Source of the DNA: Podarcis muralis | Taxonomy: Eukaryota | Direction: 5' to 3' | Assembly (NCBI RefSeq): GCF_964188315.1 | Contig: NC_135657.1 | Location: forward strand, 105,896,001-105,960,000 | DNA length: 64,000 nt | Part shown: piece after piece, positions 48,074-62,526 of the stretch | Layout: every line of letters begins with the position of its first letter | Numbering within the stretch: the first letter of the stretch is position 1 | Program-made: the position numbers and the translations under genes | The notes under the pieces: model-generated | The model's database searches: none | The model's input: the letters and a program-made list of their open reading frames with translations, nothing else | What the model was told of the DNA's origin: nothing

Positions 48074-49705
48074 GGCTAGTCATAGGTTTTCATTTAAAAT
48101 GTAGTTCTAGTAGAGGTGTTTTTTTGGGGGGGGGGTGTTAGAATGCAAGTTGTGCTTTCTTTCCACTACTGTAGTAACACCATCTCATACTCTAAATATC
48201 TTGCCTCTCTCTTGCTTCCTTTTTTTCACTCCTTACTGTCATATTGTAGAGTTTAAACTTGTCAAGACAGTGACCTGTCTTTCCCCCCTACTTCTCTATG
48301 TTGCATAAATCATAATGATCGTTATAACCCTTCTGTTAGCTCCTGACAATCAAGTAAAATAACAATTGATTAATCTAAATCATGCTACCAGAGTTTCTTC
48401 CTACCTACCAGAGTTTTTAAGCAGCATGCTTGTTCCTAATTGCATTATTCCAAAAATTATCTTTCAACAATGTTGAAATCTTTTCAAAATTGGTTTGCAT
48501 GTACAGTATTATATGTATATATAGAGAGAGAGGAGGAGAGAGTTTTAACAAGAATTGTTCCTTGAAAACAGCAGGGAGAATAGGGAGATACGTGTGTGGT
48601 TTTATTTATTTATTATTTACTATTTATCATTGTGACTTAAAATGCTACGTTGAGAAACTCTTTTCAAAATACTACATAGCAAGTTTTGATATACTAATGA
48701 GTGCCACCTCTGAAGTAGTATACAATGCTGATTGTTTTTTTTTTAATAGTGTTGCATAGCAGATAACAATTTTAATGTCTTTGTGTGCAGTTCTGTTTTT
48801 GTTTAGATTCCAGAGCTGTTTTGCTATTGCGGCAAGAGTATCTAACAATAGCTCACGAGCTATTAACATGCTGCCTGACTTTCTCCCCCATAGCCTTTTG
48901 CATATGGCTTGCAGAAAGAGGGCCTGGGTTTTCATTTCTCCCTCCGTTCAATAGGAGTTGCTTTCATGTTTGAAAATTGAAAACGTGTGTGTTTCAGTGT
49001 GGTGTATGAATGTGGGTGCCCTCTGACACACCTGCTTCTAATTTCCTGACTTGAAAGGAAAGCCCATCAAAAGAAGCAGAAAACAGTTTCTGTGACATGC
49101 TGCTCTGAAACCCTTTTGCTTTACAGAAGTTCTTTGCTATGCCATCTTTATTCCATTGCTAGAGGACTCTGAGGTGCAGGGCTGGAATAATAAGTAATGT
49201 TTTACTTTATCCTATGCTGAGGTTTTTTTAAGGCTCTTGTTGTGGTTACTTTAAAGTGCAGAAATCTGCTTAGGGGGAGAGCATGGTGTAGGTGCTGGGC
49301 TTTGTGACAAGCTCAAACGAGAAACAATACATATGGTAGTAAATGGTCATGTAAACTGATAAAGCGGGTTACACGGTTAACAGTTAAACTTTGCATGTTT
49401 TCAGTGTTTCATTGTAAAATACCTGAAATACTGCCAGAACTGAATGGTGTGCCCTCTATAAATGATTTCCTGGCTTAATAATGGCAAAGCAAAAGATGTT
49501 AGATACATTTTGAGGACTACTGTAATGTACACTGTGCCTGTAAATGCTTCCTCCAACTTTGGAAGCAACTCATTATAATAAGTAAATGAGAACCAAACTC
49601 CACGTTATGCAGGAGATCCACAAGGTTTTCTTTCCTTGAAACCACACGGGGCTCCCAGTTTGACTAAAGTGGTGGCTGGGGGAGGAGGTGTTGAATGCAC
49701 ACACA

Positions 49706-49730
49706 CACTCACTCACTCACTCACTCACTT
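49706..49730. repeat. (ACTC)n microsatellite after a short (CA)n run
   Basis: cacacacacactcactcactcactcactcactt is directly visible. Confidence 0.8.
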
Positions 49731-50257
49731 ACTTATCTGCTGCTTGCCCCGTGAGGGAAATACGAAATCATCTGGAGAAGTTTGAATATACCTAATAGTT
49801 ACTTGTTTTCTGAAATGTACACCCTCTACCTTTTTTTTGGTCAAATTGCTGTTTAAAGCATCTTATGACAGAATAAAATTATCAAATAACAATAAAAAGT
49901 GACAAGAACAAACAAAGCTTAGAACAGCATAAAATAGTCAGATAATACAGCAGATAAAGCAGTCAAACCAGCAACAGCTAAAATAAAAAATAAAAACAGT
50001 AAAGTGGCCAATAAATCCAACAGATTAAAAAAACACAATTGTAGCATAAAATGTTCTGCATTCGTGGGACACCTCAAGTAAATAAAGTTCAGAGGCAGAT
50101 AGTAGAAGAGGTGGCATTGCCCTGATCTAAGGCTGTGTGTCATGGGCTTTCCAATGATACTTTGCTGGGCTGGTGCGGCATAGATTATGTACTGAAATAA
50201 TAATTTAATTTTATATCCCTATCAAAAGAGCCCAGGGCAGTGAACAACAAGCAAATA

Positions 50258-50499
50258 CAGTCGTATCTTGGAAGTTGAACAGAATCCGTTCTGGAAGTCC
50301 GTTCGACTTCCGAAATGTTCAACTTCCAAAGTGCGGCTTCTGATTGGCTGCAGGAAGCTCCTGCATCCAATCAGAAGCCCCGCCAGACGTTCAGCTTCCG
50401 AAAGAATGTTCAAAAACCAGAACACTCACTTCTCGGTTTGTGCCATTCGGGAGCTGGAATGTTCGACTCCCAAGGCGTTCGGGAGCTGAGGTACGACTG
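50258..50499. mobile_element. Tigger-like MITE with central CCAAT hairpin
   Basis: TA|CAGTCGTATCTT ... GAGGTACGACTG|TA; hairpin at 50335-50379. Confidence 0.82.
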
Positions 50500-52537
50500 T
50501 AAAATCATTAAAATTCAAGTACAGATCCAGACTGAGAAAGGTCTCGCCTTAAATGGCTTGCTAGCAGATTAAGGTCTTCAGTAGGTGCTGAAAAGACAAC
50601 AAACGGTGCCTGTCTAAAATTGAAAAGGGAGGCATTTCCAAAGGGTAGTTGCCATGATATTAAATGCCTGATTCTTACATGGTGTGAAATGGATTTCCTG
50701 ATAATATGGTATCTGTAGAAGATCCTCCCTTGCCTGCAGAGTGCAGTGACCAACTGGATTTATAAGGGGTGAGACAATCCTTCAGCTATTGACATTGCAC
50801 ATAGTGCACAGCAAAATTACTCATTTGCAGTGCAGAGAAATAAAATCCAAGCAAAACCTTCCATATTACTTGGAGGTAGGATGTTCAGATCAAAACAGGC
50901 ATGGCAACTGCATGACATATTCGCCTGCTGAAATTCCCTCTTCTACACAACCCTTAAAGATGCAGCAGCCCTGTCCTCTTTTTCATATGGTCATCCTCTT
51001 TGAAGGTAATGCAACTTTCAGCACAATCCTAACCATTTTTTAAAAAGAAAATCCCATTATGGTATGTGTGTCTAGGATTGCAGCCTTTGCCAAACAGTCC
51101 TAACACTGGCAAGTTGACAGGCCAAATCCTGAATTCACAGGTTTTGCTGAAAGGATTGAAATGAGAGGAAATATATGGTGTAAACCAACCCAGAGCACTT
51201 GAAATCTAGAGGGGAGGAGAGGAAAGAAAGCCAGGTAAAAATAAACTGTTTTGAGCGACCTGAATACATCTCATTCAGGTACCATTCCAAAAGCATCTGA
51301 TCACTTTCAAATCTGGGTAACTTCTCCTGGTGGTTTCTTGTCCTTTATATATACCTTATGGTCATATCTGGAAGGACTTCCAGAGTCTTTCTCTGGAATT
51401 GTGCAAGTCCTTCACATTGAATCCATTTTAATGGCTAGAAGTAAGTTGGAACAGTGAATTTTTGGCTGAATTTATGGGGATTAAACAATCTTGGTGTGTG
51501 TTCTCCTTTTAGCCCAGTATATTATGAGCCAAATTAACTTAAAGGCGTGTTTCTTTTCTCTGTCTTTTGTCCCTTGCCAAATAAAAATATTTTCCTAACA
51601 TATTAGTGCAGTACTGTATTGAAAGTAGACAATCCAGTTCAGCAGACGCTTTGGGATACTGGTGGCGGCTCACACAACTGAATTATTCTCCATTCAAAAA
51701 TGATGTCCGGGAAGTCTAGACCCTAGTTTTATGTGTGGAGAGAGAGTTCAGTTACGTGAGCACTTGGAGTCTGAAGTGGTATAGTTCAGACACAGGTTTG
51801 GTGCAATCTGAGAGCGAGGCCAGTATTTAGAGACACTCCTGTGTTGCATGTGTGATAGAAATAAGTCGTTATGCAAGGTTTATTTTGTTTTCAAAGCATA
51901 GAAGTTAGTCATAGCTCAGGTAGAGCATTTACAAGGGAGGAAGCCACAACACACATGTTTTCTGTGGCATACAGGGTTTTTTTAACCAGCTGTACATTTA
52001 TGGATAGAGTGCACAAAAATGATAAGCATAAAATATATTTCTGCTCATCTGCCATCGGCTGGTAAAGTCAGAGGGTGTGTCTTTGCTGCCTGGCTGTGTT
52101 CTGGAATTCCTTGAAGTCTGCCAACAAACTTGGAGGTGAAAAGGACTGGGTGTATTACAGCTGGCAAACTCTAATGCTGAATCCAAGGTTTGCGGCTGAC
52201 TAAATTTCTGGGATCCTGTCTGTTCCATTCAGTTTGAGAAACAGGTTCACCTTTACTCTGTCTGAGCCCATTGTTGCACAGTTATCCCCCACAAACACTA
52301 TGTTAGTCAGCTATCATTGTTGTCACCAGCATTCATGCTGAAAAATATCTGCCACCTTGAATGAAGCCTCTGTCCTAAGAATGGCATTGGGAATAAAGTT
52401 GATTAGGAGCATCTGTGGTCTTAAAAATCACAGAAATCATAACTAAATATATTGAAATGACAAAGCAAAGGTGCTTGCTGGTGTACTTGAGTCAGACACC
52501 ATTCTGGAAAATGTTCTGCCCTACTTTCATTAAAGTA

Positions 52538-52737
52538 CAGTGGTACCTCGGGTTACAAATGCTTCGGGTTATGCGTTTTCAGGTTGTGGACCGCAGGAAA
52601 CCCGGAAGTACCGGAAAGGGTTACTTCCGGGTTTCGCCACTCGTGCATGCGCATAAGTGTTAAATCGCGTCACACACAGGTGCGGCGCTGCAGGTTATGA
52701 ACACTGCGGGGTACGTCCGAAACCCGAGTTTCCACTG
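52538..52737. mobile_element. Tigger-like MITE with central ETS-motif hairpin
   Basis: TA|CAGTGGTACCTCGGGTT ... AACCCGAGTTTCCACTG|TA; 14-bp stem at 52597-52610 / 52622-52635. Confidence 0.85.
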
Positions 52738-53406
52738 TACAGACCTAGGGTGTAGCTTTTTAACCCTTTAAAATGGGAATAGGAGGGTTTTCCAGTTAAT
52801 GGCTTTCCTGGCATCTGCTTGAGGTGAGTGAGAAGAGAAATGTTGCCTTAAACTTAGTTATACTGGATCTTAACCAACCCCCCTAACCAATCTGTGAAAA
52901 TTCTGACATCAAAAGGATTTCTGTATTTCTAAAACTGGTATTTCTTTAACTGATGTACAACTATGTGCTTTCTTGAGTGTCTGTATAAATTGGACTTGAC
53001 AGTTAATCGATAAAAAAAGGTCTTAACTTGAGGTTAAGGGAGGCATGGATGAGAGAAGGATTATCAAACACTTTGTACGTTGACACGAGGCCTAAATAAG
53101 TAGGCGTTTTCTTGAAAGTAAGCCTGTTGGGTTGTACTTGACACAACAGCCTTCACTGTGCTGTGGAATCCTAAGTCATTGTGAAATACGAGTTAATAAA
53201 GAATAAAATTGATGTCTTCACTTTTTAAATGTTTTCTTTTCCTTTGCATTATTTCCCTGCTTTGTTCATATGTCTTAACTTTCCAAAATCTTTCTTGGGA
53301 TTTGCGCAGAGACAAGATTGCAATGATTTGCCCCCAAAATTTGTGTTTAGTGCTTTCCCCAATTGTGCAGGTATATGTTAACCATGCTTGTTAATGTTTT
53401 GTGTAG

Positions 53407-53517
53407 GTTGTGGGGAGCACCTTGTACGGACCTTATTGGCCAGAGAATGTTCGTGTGCTTTGCAAAATGAAGATGCTCATCAGGCTCTACTAGAAACTAT
53501 GCAAAACAAGTTTATTA
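53407..53517 (+). CDS. TASP1: TASP1 coding exon (G CGEHLVRTLLARECSCALQNEDAHQALLETMQNKFI S)
   Basis: Acceptor ttttgtgtag and donor A|gtaagt; 111 nt. Confidence 0.97.
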
Positions 53518-56500
53518 GTAAGTACAAGATTTGTTAGCAGATCTCTGAAGAGGCTAAGAACTGGTGTCTGTCTACTTTTCTTCTGATCCTCCCCAAAGTG
53601 ACACTTGTACCAGTGTTCCACTTCACAAACTTCCTAGCGTTGCTTCAAGTGGGTATTCTTAGAATGTCCCCATGCTCCCTTAAACACCAAGAAGCCAGTG
53701 TTTCATAGTGCTGGTTATTGGCATTAATGGAGCTCACCTTCTGTGTTAGATGGAGACAGGTGTTGCTTCACATCTGCAGAGCAAGCAGTTTCACTTAAAC
53801 CTTTCACTGTGCACAGGTAGTTTTTAGTAAATGTTTTATAGATCAAGTGAGGTGAGTCTTGCCAGAGGTGTAGCCATGTTATTCTGTTGTTGCAGCAAAA
53901 AACAATGAGGCTTGTGACACCAGGAAGAGTAACACATTGATTAGAGCTTTAGCTTTTGGGGACTAATACCTGTTTAATGCAATGTCTATTGGGGGCGGGG
54001 GAAGGTTGAACTTTAGAGTTCCAGAAGACTCTGTTGTTTTTGTCTTAATCCTGTTGCAGCAGAAATGGTTTTGGTATGTTAGCAGGTCTTGTTACACAAG
54101 CTGATAGTTATAGTGTGTATAACGCATACATGAAATAATTCAGAGTATAAAAGAAAGATATAAATAGGCAATATTGAGCAACATCTTGGTGGCTTTTGTG
54201 TTTCCTACTTTTTTTACTTCAATACCTTTTCTTCTGTGCTATCCTTCTGATTCTTTGATCCCACCTGCTTTGTTGTGTGGATGTTTGAAAATGAAAATGT
54301 GTAGGTGGTTGAATGTGTAAGAGGTTCTCAACAAAATCCTAAGCCCTTAATAGAAATGGAATTTTACCCAAAAGTTCTAATGGATTATGTTGAAGGGACG
54401 TGTGCATGTGTTGAAACTATGGATGGAGAATGTTTCTATGAAACCTTTTCAACCAACTTCTCGTTGACTTGAACTATTATGACTACCAGTACTACTATTT
54501 TCAATTTGGGATAGCTTGCTAAATATGGGCAACTTTTGCTGTTGAAAGTTTGCCATTAGTTTTTAGGCAAGAAAAGCCCTTTCAAGAATTGACCGAATGA
54601 GGATTAGTGAGTAGATTTCTTGTCATAGTAGCAGCGTTTGAATTAGAATGATCTTGTTTTGGCTTGGCTCTCATTATTCCTGGAAATATGTGTTTATTTA
54701 TGATTAAAAGGACATTAATTCTCTTGTTTTATGTGAGGGCTCCTAAAAAAGCTGCCTTCTTTGCAAAATCTAAGATAGTCCTAACCTCTAGTTTATCTTC
54801 TGTCACATTAGTCACCAAAACAAACAATGGAAAAGTGAATGGCTCTTTAACTTGATTAAGACCTTGATGTAATTTTAACAACATCCTGAATAGTTTCCCT
54901 CCCCAGTAACTACTTCACAAAACACTACTGTATTTTTATAAGAATGTTTATGAAAGGGATGTTTAGAGCCTTTTAAAGTACAACACATGCCTTTCTGTGC
55001 TGATAACCTTGTGTGAAGGTGGGGGGAGCCCTACTGTGTTTTAGCTGAAATGTTGAAAGGGAACTTTTTAGAGACAGAATATTTCAGTGTTGGGTCCAAA
55101 GAATCCTGAAACCCCAGCATATGGTTTGCTAAACGCTGCCGTTTCTCGGAATCGGCACAGCTAACTTTTTGCAAAAGTACACCTAAGAGGTTATGCAAAA
55201 ATACTGGGCATATGCTGAATAGCTCTTTTCTTAAAAACTTTCCTGCTGTTGATTTTAAATGATACAAAAGTTTGCTTGAGGTGTAATGTATGATGCAGGT
55301 TTTCCCTCTCCTATGAAATAACTGTGAATAAAATAGGCTAATAGCCTTCTTATGACAGTATGACTTGTTCTCAACTTATTATTTTTTTTATAGAAAAGTA
55401 GCATGCTTTATGGTAACATTAAAACGTCTACTATAACAGTACAGATCTTTAGAGAAATAATAGCTCGGCAAGAAATAACTGAAAAGGATAGTCAGAACTG
55501 AAAATATTGGCCTCAAGGGCAGCTGAATACAGCTTTTTCCCACCACACTGATGCTCCTTCTCCCCCCAACTTTTTTTTTCATAGTTCAGATATCCACAGA
55601 GGCTTGGGAATATTTCTTCCCACTTAGGAATACCTGACTTAAACATCTGGATTTTTTTTTATATATATATAAAATAGGTGATGGGCAGAATTAGTGGCAG
55701 ATGGTCTTTTGTCATCTGATATTTATAGCAAGCAGTAGAATACCTGGTTTATTTTTTTTATACAGTTAGTTTAATGAAGATGTAGGATGATGTACACAGT
55801 GGTCTGATGCAGAGTGGAAATGGTATTCTGTATACATAAGCATATTTCATAAAGAACAGTGGATTTTATAACTCGTCTAGTCCTTTCAAATTCAGCCAAG
55901 TTTGTGGAATGCAGCTTGTGGAATGTTTATCCTGTTTTGCAGGCAGGCAGATTGGGAAGCTAACAATGGAAATATGTGTAGAATTGCATGTAAACTACTT
56001 TTAAACCTTTGGAAACCTGATAGTGGTGTTTTTTCATGTGTGTTTTTTAATGCCTGCATTGTTTTGCAAAGGGAGTATTTATTTGAATCTTCTCCTTGCA
56101 GTTTCATCATTTTGTGGTGGCTGCTTCTGTGGCCAAAAAAGGGTGCCCCACCCCCAGAATGAAACAGCTGTCTTGCTGTCCCCATGGTATCATCATTCAT
56201 CAGGCATAGACAGATGGGAGCATTCTAAATAGTCCTTTACCTTCAGATATACTTTTTTTTAACCAAGAGAAGGAAGGAGGTCCTATCAGCTGCTAGCTGA
56301 TTGTTGATGCCCCACCCTGTAATTCTGTGTGGGGAGAATCCAATTGCCCTAGAGAAGCGTTGAGGAGAGCAACAGACCTATCAAAGGTCCATATAGTTTT
56401 TGGGTAGCAGCCTTTCCTTTTGGCTGATGACGTCTAGCCAGGACACCCTCTCACAGAACTACAGTTCCCAGCACTTTTAAGCTACAGTTCCTACAGTTCT

Positions 56501-57785
56501 TTGGGTGAAGCTACAAATGTTAAAGTGGTAGAAGATTGCTTTAACTATATGGTGTGGGTGTTAGTCTAGGTCTGTCAATCAAAAACCTTCTTACTGGCTT
56601 TCTCTGCTGTCCTGAAGTGCTCACCCTGTTTCCTTTGTTGTACCACCTCCTTGATGATATAAAAAAGGGGGAAATGTTAACCAGTGGCAGGGAAAGGTAT
56701 TATTATTTCTGTGCAGGACACCTAATGAACAGTAGCTAACAAGTGAGTTTGTTTTTGTTGAAGAAAATGCTTTCATTTCTTCAATATACTCTGAAAGTAC
56801 AAAATGATTTTAAATTGTAAATATGGAACTTCAGGCATACTGAAACATGCATGCAGAACCAAGCATCCTTTCCAACATTATCATGGGCACGCAAGCGAAT
56901 TGTTTTTTAAAAGGAAAATGGAAATTCTTTCATCATTTTTCTCCATGAAACTCATTAGCTAGCTTGAAGCCTTTTGATTATGGAACTTTAGAACCCTATA
57001 AAGTCTCGTTTTAAAAGTACACTTTGTTTTCAGTTCTGACCTAGAAACAGTAACACATGCATTCACATCATTAACATGGAAAGGGAAAACCTTTGAGTGG
57101 AGACCTGGCTGTTCCAGCCCCCACCTTGCCAAAGCGTACTGTTAAGTAGGTCTCAAAACCCGCTGAAAGCTTCCCTGCTGTACCCCATTGCTTGTTGCCA
57201 TGCAAGCGGAGCCAAAGGTCTATTGAATTTTTGGATTGTTTCCATCTAACGTGGTTTAAAAGCTGTTCTAAAAAACAAACAAAACAAAACCTTGCAATCT
57301 GATTGGTACCAAAGAATTATTGGCATGATCATCTGTCTCCCTTGAGCATATGCCATCTAAACAGTGCGTTGTCCCAGCTAAATATTGCTGTTGCATAAAG
57401 GCAATATTTTTGTGTGATACTTGATAACATTTAGCCAACTGTTTTTCTTTAAAAGAAAGTATTTGTGTACACAGTTCTGTAGGATGAAAACTAAACCGGT
57501 GATCCGTATAAATTTATTAGACTTACTTTTGGCATTTGTTGCATTACAGACACTGTAGAGGCTGTCGAAAACATTTTCGAACAGTTTCTAGCACAAATGC
57601 TGCTTTGCAGATGTTATATTTGCACCTGTGCACATACAATATAACATATAGCCTTTAAGACTGACAACAGACACTGCAGAGAAGAAAAACACTTTTTCTT
57701 ACTTACCCAATTTAATATTGCAGTATGTTGATCCACATTCATGCTTCATAAAGTTATGACAGAAAACTCAATTTGTATGTGAATA

Positions 57786-58230
57786 CAGGTGTCTCCCCAC
57801 TTATGCAGGGGTTACATTCCCAGGTACCGCTTGTATATGTTAGATAGTGGGGAACACCATCTAAAAAGCCTGTAAACACCTTCTAAAAGCCTGGAACCTC
57901 TTGGGAAAAAAACCCCTTTAAAAAGCAGCAGCACTTACCAGACTGGCGTGAATGGAGGCTCTCAATCTTCCTCATCGCTGGAGAGGACAATATGGAAACA
58001 ACGGCAAGGAGGGTGGGGTAGACCGGTACCCTGAAGGGCCTGGCTCTGATTCAGAGGTAGACTTCAGAGTGCTTGGCTGTGGGTCATTTCTGCAGTTTCC
58101 CTGCTCTTTTTGGGCCATTTTTGCCGTTTTTGTGCCTTTTTACAGTTTAAATCGTTTGCTTTATTTCCCAGCACTGTGTATATAGGTGGTCACACATGAG
58201 TCAAACTGTGCGTAAGTGAGAAGATGCCTG
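57786..58230. mobile_element. Older Tigger-like MITE
   Basis: TA|CAGGTGTCTCCCCACTTATGCA ... TGCGTAAGTGAGAAGATGCCTG|TA; the TIRs are imperfect. Confidence 0.7.
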
Positions 58231-60119
58231 TATTTATCTGTGTGTCAGAATAATAAAACTAAATGGGATGACATGCAGTCTGTTCTTGATGGTAGATACC
58301 AAGGAGTCAAATAGTACAATAAATTAACTGGTTTTATGTGTGCACTGATTGATACATGTAGACCAGCATCAAACCTAAGAATTCATTTTCTGTTAATATG
58401 AAGCGGAAACTAATCAGGTGAAACAAAATTCTGATCTTGTTTGACAGCTGTGCTGATCCATGGGGGGGGGGGCGCGTTATTTTGGCTGTTGTCCTTTGGA
58501 GCTCCTTTAGGACTTGGAGATGCCATTAGGACTACCGGTTTGTTTTGCTTTTTTGCCGTCAATTTTCTACCCTTCTTTTTGGCTCAAATGAGTCATCAAG
58601 AGATGTTGCATCTTTTTGAACCTTTGGGCACATCAGAAATTTTGAGAATGCTGTGGGCATCAGCATCTCTTGGTTCTCTTCCTCCTCTTCCAGGTTATTC
58701 CTCCTGTCACCAGACCAAAAGAATACACAGATGATTTGCAGTTACAAAAAGCAACAGTGGTACTGGCCTATCTCTTCAGCAGCATTAGCTGCTATTATGA
58801 AAAGTGTACAGAAAGTAAAAACTCTTGCCCTTCCATGTTTATGGGTTTTCTTTTTGGATCAGAGCCTAGATCTACTGCCTCCCTTCCTCCAGAAAACAAT
58901 GTAATCTTCTCAATAAAAGTTTAGAGTTGGGTCCCCCCCCCCCAACACAAATCTGCGTAACATTTCCCCTCTGACCACCCTGTTGATGCAAATCGTGGTT
59001 GCTGTTTACTATGTGTGTGTATTTTTGAGTAAATCTTTATTTATGAACAGGCTTAGATGTTACTATGCAGCTTGAAATGTAGTAGAAATATTTATATTTC
59101 AAACTTCAAAGTCTCAGAATACTGCTAGTAAAAACTTCAGTGATTTCGAAAAATGGAGTGACAAGTATTCTTGAACTGCTGTTCACTTTCCGCATAGTAC
59201 TATGCTACTTCTTTTACTTTATGGTCCTGGCTACAAGACCTTCCTAGTCACAGTTTATATTAGCAAATACCCAAATTCAGAAAGTGTCCAAGATGTTTCA
59301 CAAATGGATTTTACTTTATTGACACCCCCTTTCCTTTCCAGGAAAGAGATTGTGCATTTTCATCGTCTCAAGTAATTTAATATGCGTGTAGGCACACATC
59401 ACGTGGTACATGTTTTCCCCTTACACAGTAAAGATGCTTTGGTATGAAAATGACATGTTGCAAAGTTTCCTTTATTGCACTAGAATAAGTAAGAATGAGG
59501 TTAGGACCCAGGAATTTCTTTATTGAATATGAGCCTAATAAAATTCACGTAGTAATTAACGTTACTCAGCTATGTTAGTTATTAAATAGTTACGGTGGGG
59601 AAATGTTGCTTTTAAAAAAGAATTGGGAATAACATGTTGAAAATTCATTGCAGCCTAGAGCATAAACAAAGGACTAGTAACATGATAGATGGCAAAGAGC
59701 ATGATAGCTTGGTTATGTTATCCATTTATATGTCGGAATTGTTAATTAACGTTAAAAATTGTATTTGAAGTCTTCTTGTTTTTAGTATTTAAAGCTTTCC
59801 CCAACCTGATGCCCTCCAGACTTTGCTGGACTACAATATCCATCCATTTTGACCAATGTTCATGCTGGGGCAGATGGGCATTATTCAAAAATACGTTTTT
59901 GAAGGTGGGCGGAAGCTGCAATCTGTTTAGATAAATTTAAATCTTCAGAAATCCAGAATGAAGGGAAAGCCCATGAGCAGGCTGCTGCGGCCCTTCTCGA
60001 AATTGTTGTAACCAGAGTAAGTTCCCTCTTTGCCTTTTGAGGAGGGATGGGCAGGCATATTGATTCATAAAGCAGGCCATAAAAAAATTGTGCAAGTCAC
60101 CTTCCTTGAAAAAGTCAGA

Positions 60120-60210
60120 CATGCCTGGATAGTTCAGTTGTGGTTCTGATAACACCAAGGTTGCAGGTTCAGTCCCCGTATGGGACAGATATACAGATGA
60201 TCCTCAGGAT
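60120..60210 (+). mobile_element. Internally deleted tRNA-derived SINE fragment
   Basis: gatagttcagttg...gataacaccaaggttgcaggttcagtccccgtatgggacag...agatgatcctcagg: a tRNA-like head joined to a CR1-like tail remnant. Confidence 0.55.
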
Positions 60211-62415
60211 CACTTGGTTGTTCTAGCTAGAGGCTTGAAGTTTAAAATCTCTCATTCCTCCCGCATGGTGAAGAGATTGGCTTCAGTACAAGCACTGTTG
60301 CCCATGCAAATAGCAGAGGTTGGGGGGCTGCTCCAGATTAGAGTTGTAGCAGGGAGCAAAATGTTAATGCCCACCACCAAGTGCTTGCACTCCCAGGCTA
60401 ACCATATGACACTCTCTTGTAGTGTGGCCCTAAGTTTTCACTTTTTTGGTGTGGTGTAAAGCAATCTTTCCATGAGCGGAAGGACATCTGTTGATAGTGG
60501 TCCATAAAGCAAGTAAAGTTAGTTGCACTTAAAGTCCCATAGAAATCAGTGAGACAAGCTAGTTAAACAACTTGATTGGGCTGCCACCTAGATTGATGTT
60601 TCTAGCCTCACCCCACCCCACAAAAAATTATGGTGTTAATATTTAGATTGCTCAGGATGTTACTTGACTAATTGCTAATTGATTTGTGGAATCTCAGGAA
60701 CTTTTCTGCTAGAGTGTGACAGTCTGTGGAATGGAGACCACAATCCTTGAGCACTTCCTTTGGGATGGGTGTAGAGACTGAACTCTGTTTCAGGCAGTGC
60801 TGCTGCTCAAGGCCTCTTGGCCTCCAGTAGCTTTTGCACAGGATCCACATTCAGTGTTTTGTACCATCTTTGTGCAAAGTACTCAAAGACCTTATGATAA
60901 AAGAACACATCTTTGTCTGAGGTTAAAAAAAATTGTCAAAAACGTACGTTTTTCTCAAGTAAAAATAAATGAAATGGTTGTCTTTCACTGTTGTTGCTCG
61001 ATATTTAGGGCAATAAACATTTAGCAAATGTGTGATCAAAGACTTTTTGGCCTTAACTAACTTGTTACATTTGCATTTAATCTTGTGGCTTAAGATGTTT
61101 AGGTCATATTTAAACCATAAAATACTTTCCACGTTCTGAAAGCGTATGACATTAATTTCAAGTCACACAAAAGGGGAATGCAAAAGTTTTATTTGGCTAA
61201 TTTAAAAATAATTACAGCTTCTGGTATAGCACCTTTTTTCAAAAAAGCATGTTTTGAATTTGAAAGGAAACATTTGTCAGACAGTTGTTTTCTGCTCTCT
61301 TGCCAACGTTTCTGACGGGCTTCTCAGCACGGAAAGCACAGGATGCAAACAGCACTGACTTTGGCCAGCTTTCTTTAGTAGTGGGTACTGCAACTCGTAG
61401 AAGTCCCAGTATTTTAGGAACTGCTGTTTATTGTCACTTCAGTGGTAGCGTGCTTATTCTTCTTTGAAAACACAAGAAAAGAATGTTTCAAAATGCTTTG
61501 AAGAGTGGCTGAAATGCTTCAATCTGAGTGAGTGATCCATGCCTCTGCTAGTATGGGATGGGATTCTGTAGGGAGCCCCTGGGCCTAATTTTGTCATCTA
61601 GGCCACTCCTCTGTCTGAGGCCATACCCACCAATGGCCCTGCTCCATGGCCCTAGGGCAACCCACTCAGATGGCTGGAATGTGTATTTGAACTGCGTTAC
61701 TGCCTGTTGCTTGCCTGCGTGGAGAGACCTCTAACTTCTCTATGGCTCGAATGTGCTATATAGTACTCCTTGGTGTACAGAGGTTAAGAATCTCCACCCC
61801 CTTTTTGTCTCTGGCTTCGCCCACCACTTGCCCGCAGCCTCCAGAAGTTTGCCCAGGAGGAAATGTAACCTTTGAGCTGGAAAAGATTCCCCACCTCTGC
61901 TATAGGGCCTAATTGGATCCTTCCTCTCTTTCCTATATGGTTTCAGGGTATACCGGAACACAAACAAGCTCTTAACTTTGCACGTGTACTGAGTAACCTG
62001 CACTGCACAACCTTGGACAGGAGTGAGGTGGTTGATTCTACATATGGGAGACACATGTTGGCCTCTTGGGGAAGATAATGACCACATACATTAGCATGCG
62101 CCTTGCAGTAAACGCTCCTGGTTGAACATGAATTGTATCTTTTATCATTTCCTCTAATGAGAAATGTAATGGGCCTAATTTGATGTGAAGGACAGAGAAA
62201 TGGGACCACCAGCAGACAAGGGAGTTTTTTTTTTGCATACACAAGTGATTCCTCAGATATGCAGAAAAATGCTACTTGTTTTAAAACATATGGAGGCAAA
62301 CGCCAGAAAAATTCTGAAGTTCTGGAATTGAGGACATTAATGTAATTCGTACTATATAGTGCGCTTAAAAAAAAATCTGTTTTCATGGTTCTCTCCCCCC
62401 CAAATTTCTACCCAG

Positions 62416-62526
62416 GTTCACCTTTTCTAGCCAATGAGGATGGTGTTCTCGGAGGTGTGATAGTTCTTCGATCTTGTCGGTGTTCTGCAGAGTCGAACTC
62501 TCCACAGGATAAGCAGTCTCTGCTAG
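62416..62526 (+). CDS. TASP1: TASP1 coding exon (S SPFLANEDGVLGGVIVLRSCRCSAESNSPQDKQSLL V)
   Basis: Acceptor tttctacccag and donor G|gtaagt; 111 nt. Confidence 0.97.

Noticed and set aside
58694-58759. Possible extra TASP1 exon after a strong pyrimidine tract (cttcctcctcttccag)
   Set aside because: The donor is weak, the intron's phase 1 gives an early stop, and the neighbouring exons already join into a complete taspase sequence.
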